A DNA stretch of 64,000 nucleotides. It comes from Phyllosticta citribraziliensis. Lineage: Eukaryota. The stretch lies in NCBI RefSeq assembly GCF_038025025.1, contig NW_027117348.1, forward strand, positions 930,001-994,000. Reading direction: 5' to 3'. The position numbers and the translations under genes are program-made. Below are positions 50,070-62,910 of the stretch, piece after piece. The notes under the pieces were generated by a model. That model had not been told where the DNA came from. It worked only from the letters and a program-made list of their open reading frames with translations, and made no database searches. How positions within the stretch are numbered: the stretch's first letter is position 1; every line of letters begins with the position of its first letter.

Positions 50070-52136
50070 CTAGATCAACAAGAAGTCCCAGCCCTTTTGC
50101 TGCATCACGTCCCGCCAGTGGACGTTCTCTTCGTCACCCTTTGCGAGATTGGCGTCGTTGATGGCCCAAACGTCTTTGAGGAGCTCCTTCATCCGGCCAA
50201 ATGAGCCGTACTCTGCTTCCTCACCCATGAGCCCAGCACGTTCGGCAAACATGGCCCGGAAGCCTGACCCCTCGAGCGAATGCGAACCCGCAATGAGGAG
50301 CGGCCAAACCAGGGACTTGTCGAGGCCGTCGGCACCAGCAGGAATGAAGCTCATGATCGTCGTCAGCTCCTCGACCAGATTGATCACCATGGGCTGCCGC
50401 CTGTTGAAGCCGGGAACCATGCTGCAGAGCATGATGCGCGCAGCTATTCGGAACATGGCTGTGATGTTGTGACGCAACTGTTTTGGTTTGAGGGCACCGG
50501 AGGAGGAGTAGCAGCTGCCAATAGGCCCCGCGTTTTGCTCAGTCAACGTGATTTGCTTTCCAACCAAGGTGATGTGCGAGCACAGCGTGCTGTCATCCAT
50601 GCCCAACTTGATGGACTCGAGACAGGCAATCTCCGAAATCAAGTACAGGATTTGGTCTTCGCATCCCATGAGCTCGGCAAGGCCGGTTGAAGCACCCGCC
50701 AACATCTTTTGGCGGTAGGCATCTGCAAGCACTGGCGACCTCCCGAGCATTGTAGCACCGAGAATGTCAACCCACGCAGCGAGGGTGATGTTGAATGGGA
50801 TCTGTGCGCTGGGGTTGCCGTTCAGCGCAACAAGCGAATTGGCCAGGTCTAGGCGAGCAATCACATCCGTCGCGCCCTCGAAGTGGTGGTGCCAGGGAAT
50901 GGGGTCATGCAGCCCGTCGTTCGGCAGGCCCACTGAACATTGGAAGAGGATCATTCCCAGTTGCGACTCGAGAATCTGAGAGGGCTCCGTGCCTGTCACC
51001 ATAGCATCGCACAGCTCCTTGATGGTCTTCATACGGTGGTCCAAGGCGGAGTCAATGGTCTTTTGCTCTTCGTCAACGTCCCGGGCACACCGAGTGGACA
51101 CCATGTGCTGCGCTGCGAGACTCAGACAGCAGTGGAGAAATGACTTGTTCGACTCGAGAGCGGGGAAAATCATCTCTGCCCGAGCCGAGCCGTACTGGGT
51201 CACCTCGAGGACGGGGAAGATTTGCGGCACTACTCTGTCAATGAAGTGGTTCAGTAGAGGCTGGTCGGCCTCGTCGACTTGGATGATGGCCTGGTACGAG
51301 GGCACTGTCGAGCCATGGGGAAGTTCCAAGAAATTGAAGTCAAGAGGCTCCTCGAAGAATTCTTCTTGTTGCTCAAAAAAGTCTTGGTGGACCCAGCTCT
51401 CCGGCGCCAACGATCCACCAACAGATGGTGGCTGGAAAGCACTGAAGCTGGAAATGGTCGAGTCGCGCCTCGTGGGGATGTCGTTGATGAAAGTCTGGCA
51501 TTCCGTCTTGATGTCGACTTCATAGGGGGCATAACCAGGGTAGGGCGGACAAGAAGGCTCATAAGGTGGCAGCGGCATGTTCATGCCATACATCTGAGGT
51601 GGCGACATGTTGAATTCGGAGAGCTGGGAGTCGACAGAGGCGGCTCGCGTCTTCGATACGGAGTCGGAGAAGCCATCTGAGGTCGGGACCGAGTTGCACA
51701 AGCTAGGAGGGCTGTTTGCGTTGATGGGCACAGCACTGTACGTCTTTTCGGTGAGCTTGGTCCGCTTGATGATGTTTTTAATCTTCTCCTTCTGGGAAAG
51801 ACGTTCTCCTTGGTCGCTCCACCACATGGGCCTCTTGTACTGGCACTGGAGACCGAGGTTCTTGCAAGCTTTGCAGCCAGGCTTGACTTCGTCACACTTT
51901 TTTCTCCTCAGACGGCAAGTGAAGCATCCTTGGGGGCAAGGGTCAGTGACTGCAGGGGCAAAGAGTCATGTGGGGGTGGAGTGCTCACCAGTCCTCGACC
52001 TCTTGTGGGATCTGTTGGAAGATTTCTTGGCCGCGGCTTGCGCCGAGGTTGCTGGTGCTGACGAGGTCGATGTGGTTGCTCCGGCCATGGTTGTGGCGGG
52101 TTTGGAGGAAGACCGAGCGGCGGTGACAGAAGACAT
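50070..52136 (-). CDS. PRO1: Zn2Cys6 transcription factor of the Pro1/NosA/Adv-1 family (2 exons)
   Basis: HKRSRT|GCFTCRLRRKKCDEVKPGCKACKNLGLQCQYKRPMWW, RRDSTIS motif, and C-terminal VHWRDVMQQKGWDFLLI. Confidence 0.9.
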
Positions 52137-55100
52137 GGGGGGGGGAGGGGCCGGAAGTACTGAGGAGGTGTTTATATCAAGGCGATAAACAACGCGAGCG
52201 ACGATGCGCAAATACGCTAATGCACAGCGGGAGGGATCCGTAAGGGACAGTATGGGGGGGATTCTATTAAATTAATGATGGTAAAGCCAAAGTCTGACCC
52301 GCGGACTTTGGGAGAGGATAAACGAGCAGAGAATGAGGGCAAATTAATCGCAGTCTGGCTGTCCAAGGTTTCCAGAGGAGGAGTGGGCTCGTAGCTTATA
52401 TGGCCAAAAGGCTGCTAATAGCGACAAATCTATTCTTAGCGGCAGGCCTGGGGTGTAGGTGATGGAGGGCGAGTGGTGGCAGCAATTGGCCGCGGGGCCT
52501 GTGGATGGTTGCTCATCACGGCGAGCTGGGATGGATGCATGGATGCATGCAGGCCGCGAGTGAGTGCACGCTTTTGCCCGGCCAGCCAATGTGTGGCCCC
52601 CGCTGGGTGTTATCGACAGGCGATCTCTTCCCCGGGGCAGATCAGGCCTGGTAGGGTGAGGCAGGGGGCGGAAGAGCAGCAAAATGCGGCGTGGTCGAGC
52701 CGTGAAGCTGCCCGTTTGGGAGGCCATGCTGTGACGGTCATGCTACCCGGTTGGCCGATGGCGGACGCATGAGGGCTGATGGGAGTCACGGCATGACCGT
52801 CACGGCTCAAGCAGGAAGGCGTGTTTTTCTTCAGTACGACGTCGGAGGGAGGCCTGAGAGACGTGAGCCAGAGGTTGGAGAGATGACGGAGCACAGAGTG
52901 AGTGAGTGTAACCTTGCAGAGAGTTCGGCCGTGGAGGAAGATGCGGCAAGGTGAGGCGAGCCGGACTGGGACTGGAGTTGGAGAAGAGGAGGACGAGGGT
53001 GAGGGAGAGGAGGAGGCTGGAGGCAGTGGGGCCTGTCGAGCAGCCCAGCCCAGAGCAGTGGTAATGGTGTTGTCCAATTGATGTCGTCGAACGGCACAGT
53101 CGAGATGGATGTGAGAACCCTGCACCCACCAATGGCGCAAGACGACGACGACGACCATCCAACGGCTCCAGCTGAGGGCGCCCTTAATTAGGTCCGACCA
53201 AAATAGCCCAAATTGGACTCGAGGCCACAAATCCATCTCTGCTCTCTGATTGGCTCCTGCGCAAATTCCCATGCGTGGCCGGCTGACCTCTCGTCGTCCA
53301 AACACCTCACCTACCGCACCCACGTCCACGTCCCCACCTCAATTCAATTCCTCCCCTCCACCCACCCAGGCCCAGGCGTTGTTTCCGTGCCGTCTTCGGT
53401 ACTCCACGGCTGTTGGTGCCGACTGAACCTGACGGGACCATGAATTATTCCAACTCCTCACCCACCTCGGCCTCGGAGCCCATGCGTCCCGGCCTGCCTG
53501 CGTCATGCTGGCAGGCTGTTGAGTGATTCACCAACGTGCGTGGGTCCAGAGAGACAAGTCAATCTCCGCTGCAGCTACCCCGAACCATTGCTTTTTTGCC
53601 AACGCCAACACCAACCCCTCCATCCTGCCTGCCCGCCTGCTGCCGTGGCATGATGCCATGTTCGAGCCAAGCATGCGCACCACACGAGAGAACTGACTGA
53701 CTGGACTCACCTCCACGTCGACCATCCTCTGTGCCAGGGAAGCACCGCAGCTGTGCCAGACCTCCCGAACAATGCTCGCCGCGTCGCACCAGAGCCCTCC
53801 GCATCGCGCCCTCAGTCATGTGAGGAGAGACGAACGGAGGTGGCCTGCTCGAGGCCGCCCGGCTTGAAGCGCAGGCCTGTGTCCGTACGCCGCAGCAAAG
53901 GAGCGGTCTGCTCGGCATCGACCCGACGACTTGGTCGTCCTGCAAGAACACGCTCGTGGGGAGCAAAAAAGGAGGCCAAGTCGTCACTGCGGGAATTGCT
54001 GCAGTGACACGAGGAGCGAGATTCGACAACGTCGAGGTTGCTGTGGCTTGCGGGACCGAATCTGGATTGCTTTTGGCCTCCGCGTCGGGGACTCGGTTGC
54101 GCATGGGTGCATGCATTGGGGAATTGGACCTTGCTGCGCTATTGTACGCCATCTCCGCTTTGCTACAGGTACGGATGGGGACATTTGCTCGTCACTCAAC
54201 CCGCAACGCGATTCTCGCCTGCCCCTGTGCCTCAGTCTTGCTTTTGCCCCGGTTCTTGGGAGCGAGTGGAGGTGATTGCTGCTCTCGCTCGCTTGCGCGA
54301 TGATCACGACTCGAGCATTGACGGCACAGAGACCAGAGATTCTCAGCATTGACGGCGGGAGGCTGGAGAGATCACCGTCCGAGCTTGGGGTGGGCGGATC
54401 TGCCGCTGGGCCATTGTCGACCGCATTCCATTGTCACTGCATTCCATTGAGCGATTCAGCAGGCACAGGACCCAGCCAGCCTACGCACACCGACTAGTGC
54501 GCGCGGCCCACGTTGTCTTCAATTGCCTCCTGGGCCCGTCCGTGCCTGAGGGCAACCTCAGTCAGTGCTTGGTCGGGTGATACGACGACGACAGAGCGCA
54601 CACTGCATGTATCTGTACCTCAGTCCCCGTCGGCACCGTGACACGAGGGGCGCAAATGGCACAAAACGGCAAAGCCGTGGCTTGTCGGGCTGCACGTTGG
54701 TCGAGTTTGTGGTGCCGAAGCGAGCTTATCTCGCGCATTTATGGCGGCCTGCAGCAACTCGACGGCGAATGAGGCACGCCGCCCGGGATGTTTGAATGGC
54801 TGCCCTATGTAAGCGCCGGCGAGACGGGCCAAACGCACGCGTGCAGGCCAGGTAGTCGTGCGGATTGGACTGCGAGCTGTTCTCGACAGATGCTACCGCG
54901 ACGACTCTGTTACCAATTCATGCTGGTGCTGGCGGCCATCGCACACCGCGTCCCGTCTGCCACCTCCCTTTTCGTTTCGTTTTCGTATGCTAAAAGACGC
55001 GCCTCGCGCTGCTCGCCCGGGGCGCCGGTCTTTGCTTCGTCTCCCCTCCTGTCCTGCTCTTCCAGGCCCATGTAGTTAGATCGGCGCTGACGACTGTGCC

Positions 55101-55176
55101 TCTTTGAAAATTCCTGTCCTGAGCCTCCCATCTTGACGCCTGCGCCGTGGCGCCCCATCCTTCATGTTGACTGGCC

Positions 55177-57764
55177 ATGGTAAGTCACGGGCGTTTTCCC
55201 TCTGCACCCGTGCCTCCCCCTGACGTGAGCATAATGCAGGAGGTACAAACACCCATAACGCCGCTGGAGTCTGGCGTTGAAATGTTCCAACGCGGAAAGC
55301 TGCAACCCTTTTTCGCCATGCGTTCAGACAAACCACGACCCGTCTCGGAAGCGACCGAGATTTTTGACACGGACTTTGAAGATGACTCGAGCGAGTTTGA
55401 AGAGGAGTCGCAAAAATATGGATACGAATCGGTAAGCTCCTTTCTGCAGTGCTTCAATTACACAAGACTGACCCCGAGCAGAGCGAAAGCAGAAAGAGTC
55501 AAACCACGATATCGACATATGATGAAGTGCCCACACCGCACTCGCATCGACAGGCGTACTTTGAACTGTCTCAACAAGATAGCAAGACGGTAGAGGGCCC
55601 AAGGGGACCGCATCTTTTCCGCTCGTCACTATCTTCGGCAGAGTTCAACTACGAATATGCCCTCCAAATGTCCCCATTGCTGCCGAGGAGTTCGATGCCC
55701 AGGGCCGAGACTGCTTTCCGAGCAGAGCCATCTTTTCGTTCAGAGACTGCTTTTCGCACTGTTCCAGCCCAGCAACCCTCCTTCTCCTCCTCTTGCGATC
55801 CTTGGGCGACAGAAGAGCCTGAGGAAGAAGACCCCAACGACGTGCGTTTTTGGAGCGCGCAGCAGGTTGTATCTTGGATGTACACCCTGGGGTTTGAGGA
55901 ATCCATTGTCGAAAAGTTTGAAAAGCACGACATTACAGGCGCAGTTCTGCTTGACATGCAATTCGAAGACTTGAAGGAGCTCGAAATCTCATCGTTTGGA
56001 AAGAGACATCAGCTGTGGAACCACATTGACGCACTTCGCGGCAACGAGGGCCGCATCAGCCCTGTTCCCACGCCCTTCCAAGATGCCGACCGCCCTTGCA
56101 CTCGCCTCACCAGGTCCCGAAGCACCAGAGAACGGTCGACCAATCTCGAAAGATCGAGGTCATGTGCCCATCGCAATGACTGCGACGACAATGACGGCGG
56201 CATGACGCCAGTCTCCCCAGGTGGCCAAAAGAGACGCAGAGGTCGAAAGCATCGACAAGCTAGCGACGATGTTATTACTCCTGCAGAGTCTGTCTCGATT
56301 GTCGCAATAGAGCAGCTCCTTCCCAAGCCGCACAAGTGTGCCAAAGGAGAAAGATGTCACAAGTGGCGCAAGCAGCAGAGGTTGTTTCAACGCATCCAAG
56401 AGGAACACGGCTTCCCCATCTCCCCCGAAAAGGGTGGCCAAATCTTCATTGCAGGCGACCCTGGAAATGCTGGGACTGCAGGCAAGGTGGTAGAAAACGT
56501 CTACCGCCCGCAGTCCGATGCTCTTCCTTCAGTCGTAGCATCCTCTGATCTGATGGGCCCAGGCCAACTGCCCGACATTTCCTACCCCCTCGAAGAAGCA
56601 GCACTGCGCGGTGTGCAGTCTCGCGACCCGCAGGAGAACGTCAAGCAGTTTCTCAACTTCCAGCACGTCGACCCTCCACACATGCAGCAGTTCCCTGAAG
56701 ATCAGCCCACGACCCCTCCATACGAAATGTTCCCACCCCTTCATTTTCCTGAGCAGTCGGCTGGCCCGCACGCCAACTTGAAGAACCTCCCCAGACTGAA
56801 CATTCCCCGCTCCGCATCGGCTCAGCCATATGCGCAACCCCAACAGATTCACCCGGCCGAATACATTACCACCATGTCTCCGTGCCGCACGGCCACCAAC
56901 GCCTCGCCTGGCATTTACAGGTTTGGCACGCCAGCGTCGGAGATGGACGTGCCCGTGACTACCGTCCAGGTTGGACCGATCCCGCGAGACGTGAGCCAAT
57001 CGGTGCCGCCGAGCATGCAGTTCCGCGACCCCGTGCAGCGCTCAGCATCGCGGCCGGTCGACTGGCGGAGGCCGTCGTACACGCTGCCCGTGGTGACTGA
57101 AGGCGAAGTGCTGAGTCCCAAGTCCGAAGACTCGGTCACGCTGCATGACAGCGCGTCGGGACGGACAGCCGTGGCAAGCAACCACAAGCCGTCGATGGAC
57201 TCGTCGGCCGACTCGATCAAGGACTTCAAGACCCACCTGTTGGCTCAGGCGCAACAGGGCCAAGGCAACAGTCTTCCTGGCGTCAACCACGCAGGGTGGA
57301 TGAAGAAGCGCCGCACCAAGCTCCTGCGGCACGAGTGGCAAGAGCACCACTTCCGGCTCACTGGCACGCGGTTGGCCATGCATGCCAACGAGATGCCAGA
57401 TACGCGGGCGCTCGACACGATCGACGTCGACGAGTACGCCGTGGGTTGCTCCAGCCTGGCATCCAACAAGCTGGCGGCCAAGCTCAAGGGCCTCAAGCTG
57501 GCGTCGTCATCGTCCAAGAACAGCGACGGCTCGTCGACGGCGCCCAACAATGCCGCCTTCACATTCCAGCTGGTTCCGACGGGGCCCAGTGGCGAGGGTG
57601 AGCGCAGCGTCATGCGCAAGGCCGTGGCCGGCGGCAAGACGCACCACTTTGCCGTCAAGACGCGTGACGAGCGGATCGATTGGATGAGGGAGCTCATGCT
57701 CGCAAAGGCGCTCAAGGCCAAGGGCGAGGGGTACGAGGTCGAGGTCAATGGCAACGCCATCTGA
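55177..57764 (+). CDS. SAM- and PH-domain protein (Boi/Pob1-like, no SH3 seen)
   Basis: SAM domain (WSAQQVVSWM...FEKHDITGAVLL...LKELEISSFGKR) and PH domain (HAGWMKKRRTKLLRHEW...DERIDWMRELMLAKA). Intron near 55432-55481; start position uncertain. Confidence 0.82.
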
Positions 57765-60128
57765 GCTAAGCGCCGCTGCTCCGTCTGTCTGGGAACGGTC
57801 AGTTCTACGCCTCACGATCATCGTCGCCGATAGTCGTCGTAACCGCCCAATACTCCTTCAAGTTTCCAATTTCTCTCACCCCGGTCGACTCCTGATACCG
57901 ATACGTCTTTCCTCGTCTCTTTTTCACGCTCCCCACTCTTCACGATACGATCGCGCCCCCCAATACGTTTACACTACCCAAGTTGTCCATTGAATCTCTT
58001 TTGGTTTCCTGTTTCTTTTGACCATGCTTTTTCCTCTTTCTGCAAGCAGATTCACGCGTCTGCCGGGACGGCTGCTCTATACCCTCTTAGTTAGCATGAG
58101 ACTTTCCTTGTCTTCATTTCCTTTGCATTCCGGTTCTATCACATTACGAATTGACGACAAATACGACTCACAACCCCACCCCACATTACCACCACCGCTA
58201 CCATTATGACGACAGCAACGACCTCGATATACTACATACAACTATTATCTCCTCTCTCTGTTTTCTTTGCTCAACGGCCACGCTATTCATCACATGATAC
58301 GTTCTCCCTCCTCGTTTCTCTTCTTCTTCTTCAGCGCCAGAACAGACGGTAATTAGCATCATATCACGGGGCAAGGGGGCCGGGGAGGGGGCACAACGGA
58401 AGACCAAAAATGGGCATTCATCCCCTCGCAGCAGTCGCCGGGGGGCGTCCCTCATCCGGACGGACGGACGGACGGCGCGTCGTCATTGCTTCGGTGTCCT
58501 GCGATTCTAACTATTTCCCTTTTGACCTGCCCGCTCTTTTCTTACTAAGTTGTCCGTACCTGAAAGGGAAGGGGGAGGCGGCAGAGCTTTGGGAAAATGA
58601 TGCGCGTGGGAGTGGCGCTGGCCGTTCGTCGTTACGTGGTTAGATACACACGCAGATAGTTTGCTTTGGGCGGTAGGTAGTAGGAACGAGAAATGAGAAA
58701 TCAATCAATGACAATAACGACACTGCCTTGTTCTCGCCTTTTGCCCGTCTATCTCTCTGCCATGTTTAGATGATTCGTCCTTCGCGGCAAGTACTGTACC
58801 CACCTGTCGTTCCCCCCCGGTGCTCAGCTCAGCCGTACGGTTGGTTCCACTTGATTGACTCGCCACGCAGCCAACTAACCGAGCAGACAGGACCAACGCC
58901 CGCTCGATACCGACTGAGTGACATGTAGCGAGGCCAGGCGAGGCGAGGCGCGTGATGCCATGTCGGCATTGGAACGGCAGTTTCGCAAGCAGGCTAGGCA
59001 ATAATGGGAGGAATAACGCAACGTGAGTGGCAGCCCAGTCCAGGCGCAGGTCCGGCGGCTAACGGTACTCTTGGTCTCCCCCAAACACAGGCAGACACCT
59101 TGTCAGGTACACACTAGTCAGGTACCCGACCTAGGTAGGTAGGTAGGTAGATATGCGAGATGCGGGCGTGACGGACAATAATGTTCCGCGGACCGTGATT
59201 GACGAATGTTTGGCTGCCCGCGGCACAGCAGAGAGGCGAGCAGGATTTGAACGGGAAGGGAAGGATAGGAAGGCAAAGAGATCAGTGTCAAAGATCACAG
59301 GGGTCAGATGCGAGAAAGGACTGGCCAGCAGTCACGGCACCTGAAAGCTCCCAACGGTCTGGGTTGAACAATTGCATGCTTCGCCACAGCGAAGTTTTCG
59401 CGTCCTGCTGTTTTGGGCAAGCAGTGTTGGGTTGGGCACCATCGTGACGACTTGTCTGCGCGTGAGGTGGTGGGTCCACACTGTCTGGGGCCCTCAGGCT
59501 GGGGTTCGGCAACGGACGCGGAGATGACGACCTGATTTGGCTGGCAGGCTCATGATTGACAGCCGTGATGATGAGCGATGAACAAGAGCAGACAGGGGAC
59601 ACGGTTCCACCTTCGAGGTCTTGGACGACCTACGTGGGGTGCCTGGGCACGGGATTGGTGAGGCTGGGGAGGATCCGATGGCTGTGGGTCGCGCTGCTCT
59701 GGTCTGGCTCTGGGGTACGAGATGGATGTGCTGCGATGGCTCTTCTGTGCGATGATCGAGCGAGGACAGCAAATGCTTCGTTTTCAGTTAATTTGGCCGG
59801 TTGGTGAGGCGTGGGCGCGTAGCCAACGAATTTGGTTGGACTCGACCTGAGCGACGTCCACCGGCACCGCAGTGCGGTGTGGTGGTGGTGGTCTGTGCGC
59901 GTCGGGTGCCAAGCGCGGAACGGAAGCACTTCACGCGCCTGACGTGCCTGAGGCGTCCGAGGCTGGACGCGACGCGTCGTGTTGGCGCCAGCCACGGCAG
60001 CTCTTCCTTAGGTAGTTTCCTCGCGCTCCTCCACTCCTTCCGCTTCTCACACCCCACCAACACCACACCCACCACTTCCCAATCCGCCACCTCCACCCTG
60101 TAGCTACTGCTTCTAGACGCTACGCACC

Positions 60129-62226
60129 ATGGTATCCTCCATTCTAGGGAAGCGCACACGCTCCTCTCCTCGTTCAGCAGGTAAGCTTTCTCGTGGCTCC
60201 GGGTTTTTTCTCGAGTAAACACGCGTCGCGACTGACACATTGAGCAGCTCAGAAGGAAGCCAACGCACAACAACCCACTGTGCGCACTACTCGGCGCTCG
60301 CAATTCGTCATTTTCGACACCAACGAAAAGGAGAACCCTTTTGTCACCCCCAAAAAGCAAAACCCCATCGCTCGCCAGGTCGCAGAAGCAAAATGCGAAA
60401 ACGAAGACGCGAAGCCGGCAAAGCGAACCCGCTCGACCACCACAACGCCCGCAAAACATGGCGCCCCAGAGACGAGGGTGGCTCTGTCTCCGGCAAAAAT
60501 CAACGCCCACTTTAAGGAGTCCAAGTCGAGGTCTGCCAGCACGGACGCCAAAAAGCAGATCACGACCCCCTCGACGCCTCGCCATCGCGATGCGCTGGCC
60601 AACAAGGTCGCCGTAACTCCCCGACACCGCGTGCTTGTAGCCGGAAAGCCCTTGACGCCGCGCACGCCGCGCACGCCCACGACCCCCAAATCCTCAGCGC
60701 CAACCGTGTACAACGAAGCCCGCCAGCTCTTTATTCGAGGATCCCAGACGGGTCGATTGATTGGACGCGATGAGGAGAGGAACGAGCTCCGTGATTTCGT
60801 CTCTACGCGCGTCTCGTCCAAGTCTTCTGGCTGTCTGTACATTTCTGGACCTCCTGGAACTGGCAAAAGTGCCCTCGTAAACGAAATCGGCCAGGAGTTG
60901 GAGGCGGACGGAGACACCAAGCGCGCTTACGTCAACTGCATGAGCGTAAAAAGCGCCGACGATCTGTACCTCAAGCTCCTGGAGGAAATTGGTGAGGACG
61001 ACGAGGTTCTCGAGGGCGCGGAGAAGGACACGCTGCAGGAGATCTTGTTCCGCCGCGACACCTCGTTCGTGTTTACTCTGGACGAAGTCGACTACCTCTT
61101 GGAGCTGGATCTGGAGCTTCTGTACAACGTCTTTGAGTGGTCGATGGAGCCAAAGTCGAGCCTCGTGCTGCTGGGCATTGCCAACGCTTTGGATTTCACC
61201 GACCGCTTTCTCCCCCGTCTCAAGTCTCGGGGTCTCAAGCCGCGTCTCCTTCCATTCATGCCGTATACCGCTCCTCAAATCGGCTCGGTGATTACGTCGA
61301 AGCTCAAGAGTCTCATGCCCTCGGGCACAACAGCACCGGCTGATTACGTGCCATTCGTACACCCCACGGCCATCTTATTCCTCGCCAAAAAGGTGGCAGC
61401 ACAGACGGGCGACCTGCGCAAAGCCTTTGACATTTGCCGGCGCGTCATTGACATGATCGAGGGCGAAACCCGCGACAAGCACGCCAGATTCGCTGCCAAC
61501 GACCTTGCGTCAGAGACGGCCAGCCCGTCCAAGACACCGCTCATCGAAAACATCAACCTCTCGTCGCCGCCGAACCGCTCGCCGGCAAAAGCGCTCCACC
61601 AATCCAACACGTCGCTCTCCGCTCTGACGCCAGAGACGGCGCCGCGCGCCACCATTGCACACATGGCGCGCGTGACGGCCGCCGTCTTCAGCAACGGCAC
61701 CAACCAACGCCTCAAGGCGCTGAACCTGCAACAAAAGGCGGTGCTGTGCGCGCTGGCGGCGCTCGAGACATCACTGCGCGACAAGGCCACCTCAGCATCA
61801 ACCGGCGATGCCGCCTCCACACCCTCCAAACACGCAACGGCCGTCGCGCCCACCGTCAAGCGCGTCTACGCCGCCTACGCCGCGCTCTGCCGGCACGACA
61901 ACCTCCTCGCGCCCCTCACATCGACCGAGTTCGCCGACGTCCTGGGCAGCCTGGAAACGCTCTCGCTCGTCACGCCCGTCGAGGCGTCGGGCAAGTCGTC
62001 TTCCGCCAACAGCGGCAGCAGCTCCTTCAGCTTCGCGGCGCCGGGCACGCCGAGCCGCCGGGGCAGGGGCGGCAGGGGCGGCGGCGGCTTCAGCGTCGGC
62101 ACCGTCGTCGAAGAGCGGCGCGTCGCTGGCTGCGTTGCGCCGAGGGAGTTGAGGGAGGCGTTGGCGGCGGGTGGGCCTGGTGTGGGCGTTTTGATGCGTC
62201 TGCTTGAGGGCGAGGCGTTGGTGTAG
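60129..62226 (+). CDS. CDC6: Replication licensing AAA+ ATPase Cdc6/Cdc18 (2 exons)
   Basis: MVSSILGKRTRS|..., TP/SP-rich N-terminus, Walker A GPPGTGKS, Walker B LDEVD, GIANALDFTDR and TGDLRKAFDIC. Confidence 0.94.
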
Positions 62227-62610
62227 ACCGCGGTGTATCAAGGTCGAGTCGAGTCTGCGGTCTCTCTCACGTACATGTTGTACAGCACAGCTCTCACTTT
62301 CTTTCCTGCTTCTTTTTCTCTTTTATTCCCCGCCGCTGTTTTGGCGTAGCATCTGCTTTCGATTCGATTAGATGGATGGATAGACCCATCTCGTTCTGCA
62401 CCTGTTGTACTTTTTCCACCTTCTCTCCCAGTTTTCTCGCCTCTCTCTTTTTTTATCCAGCATTGAGCGCGGCGGCAATTGTGTAGCATCCAGGCTGGCA
62501 TGGCACACTCTGTAGATTTGTCTCCCTCCTTTAGAACAGCACAGCGTGGCATAGCGTAGCGTGGCATGGCGGCGACACAAGAAAGCATGATTTGACTTTC
62601 ATCCTGATGT

Positions 62611-62752
62611 GCTGTGCATGGTGCGGTGTGAGGTCATGGCTGATCGCCCGAGAGGTGGATTGATATTGCTTTCTACTCTGCTCTGCATCGTGCGATGTGA
62701 GAGAGTGGCGGAGTCCCCAAGAAGTGGATTGATATTGCTTTCTATTCCGCTC
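62611..62752. repeat. Imperfect ~69-bp tandem duplication between CDC6 and the SOD-like gene
   Basis: GTGGATTGATATTGCTTTCTA is identical at 62655-62675 and 62724-62744, and the flanks also align. Confidence 0.85.
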
Positions 62753-62910
62753 TCCTTTTGTCTCGTGGCACGCTCCCAAGCGGCCACATATCCGGCCTCT
62801 TTCCACCGACCTTGTCGTATTTTACAGAGATGGAAAGGTGCGTTGGCGCAACATTTCTTACCTACAACCCTGGACCGTCTGCCTGTCCAGTCGACTCGCA
62901 CCGCCACTCC

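Noticed and set aside
52200..55170. ORFs in the 3 kb divergent region upstream of PRO1
   Set aside because: Low-complexity leader/promoter sequence; uORFs cannot be assigned without transcript start data.
62655..62744. Two identical 21-mers with a spacer, resembling CRISPR
   Set aside because: Eukaryotic context, only two copies, the flanks are also duplicated, and there are no cas genes.
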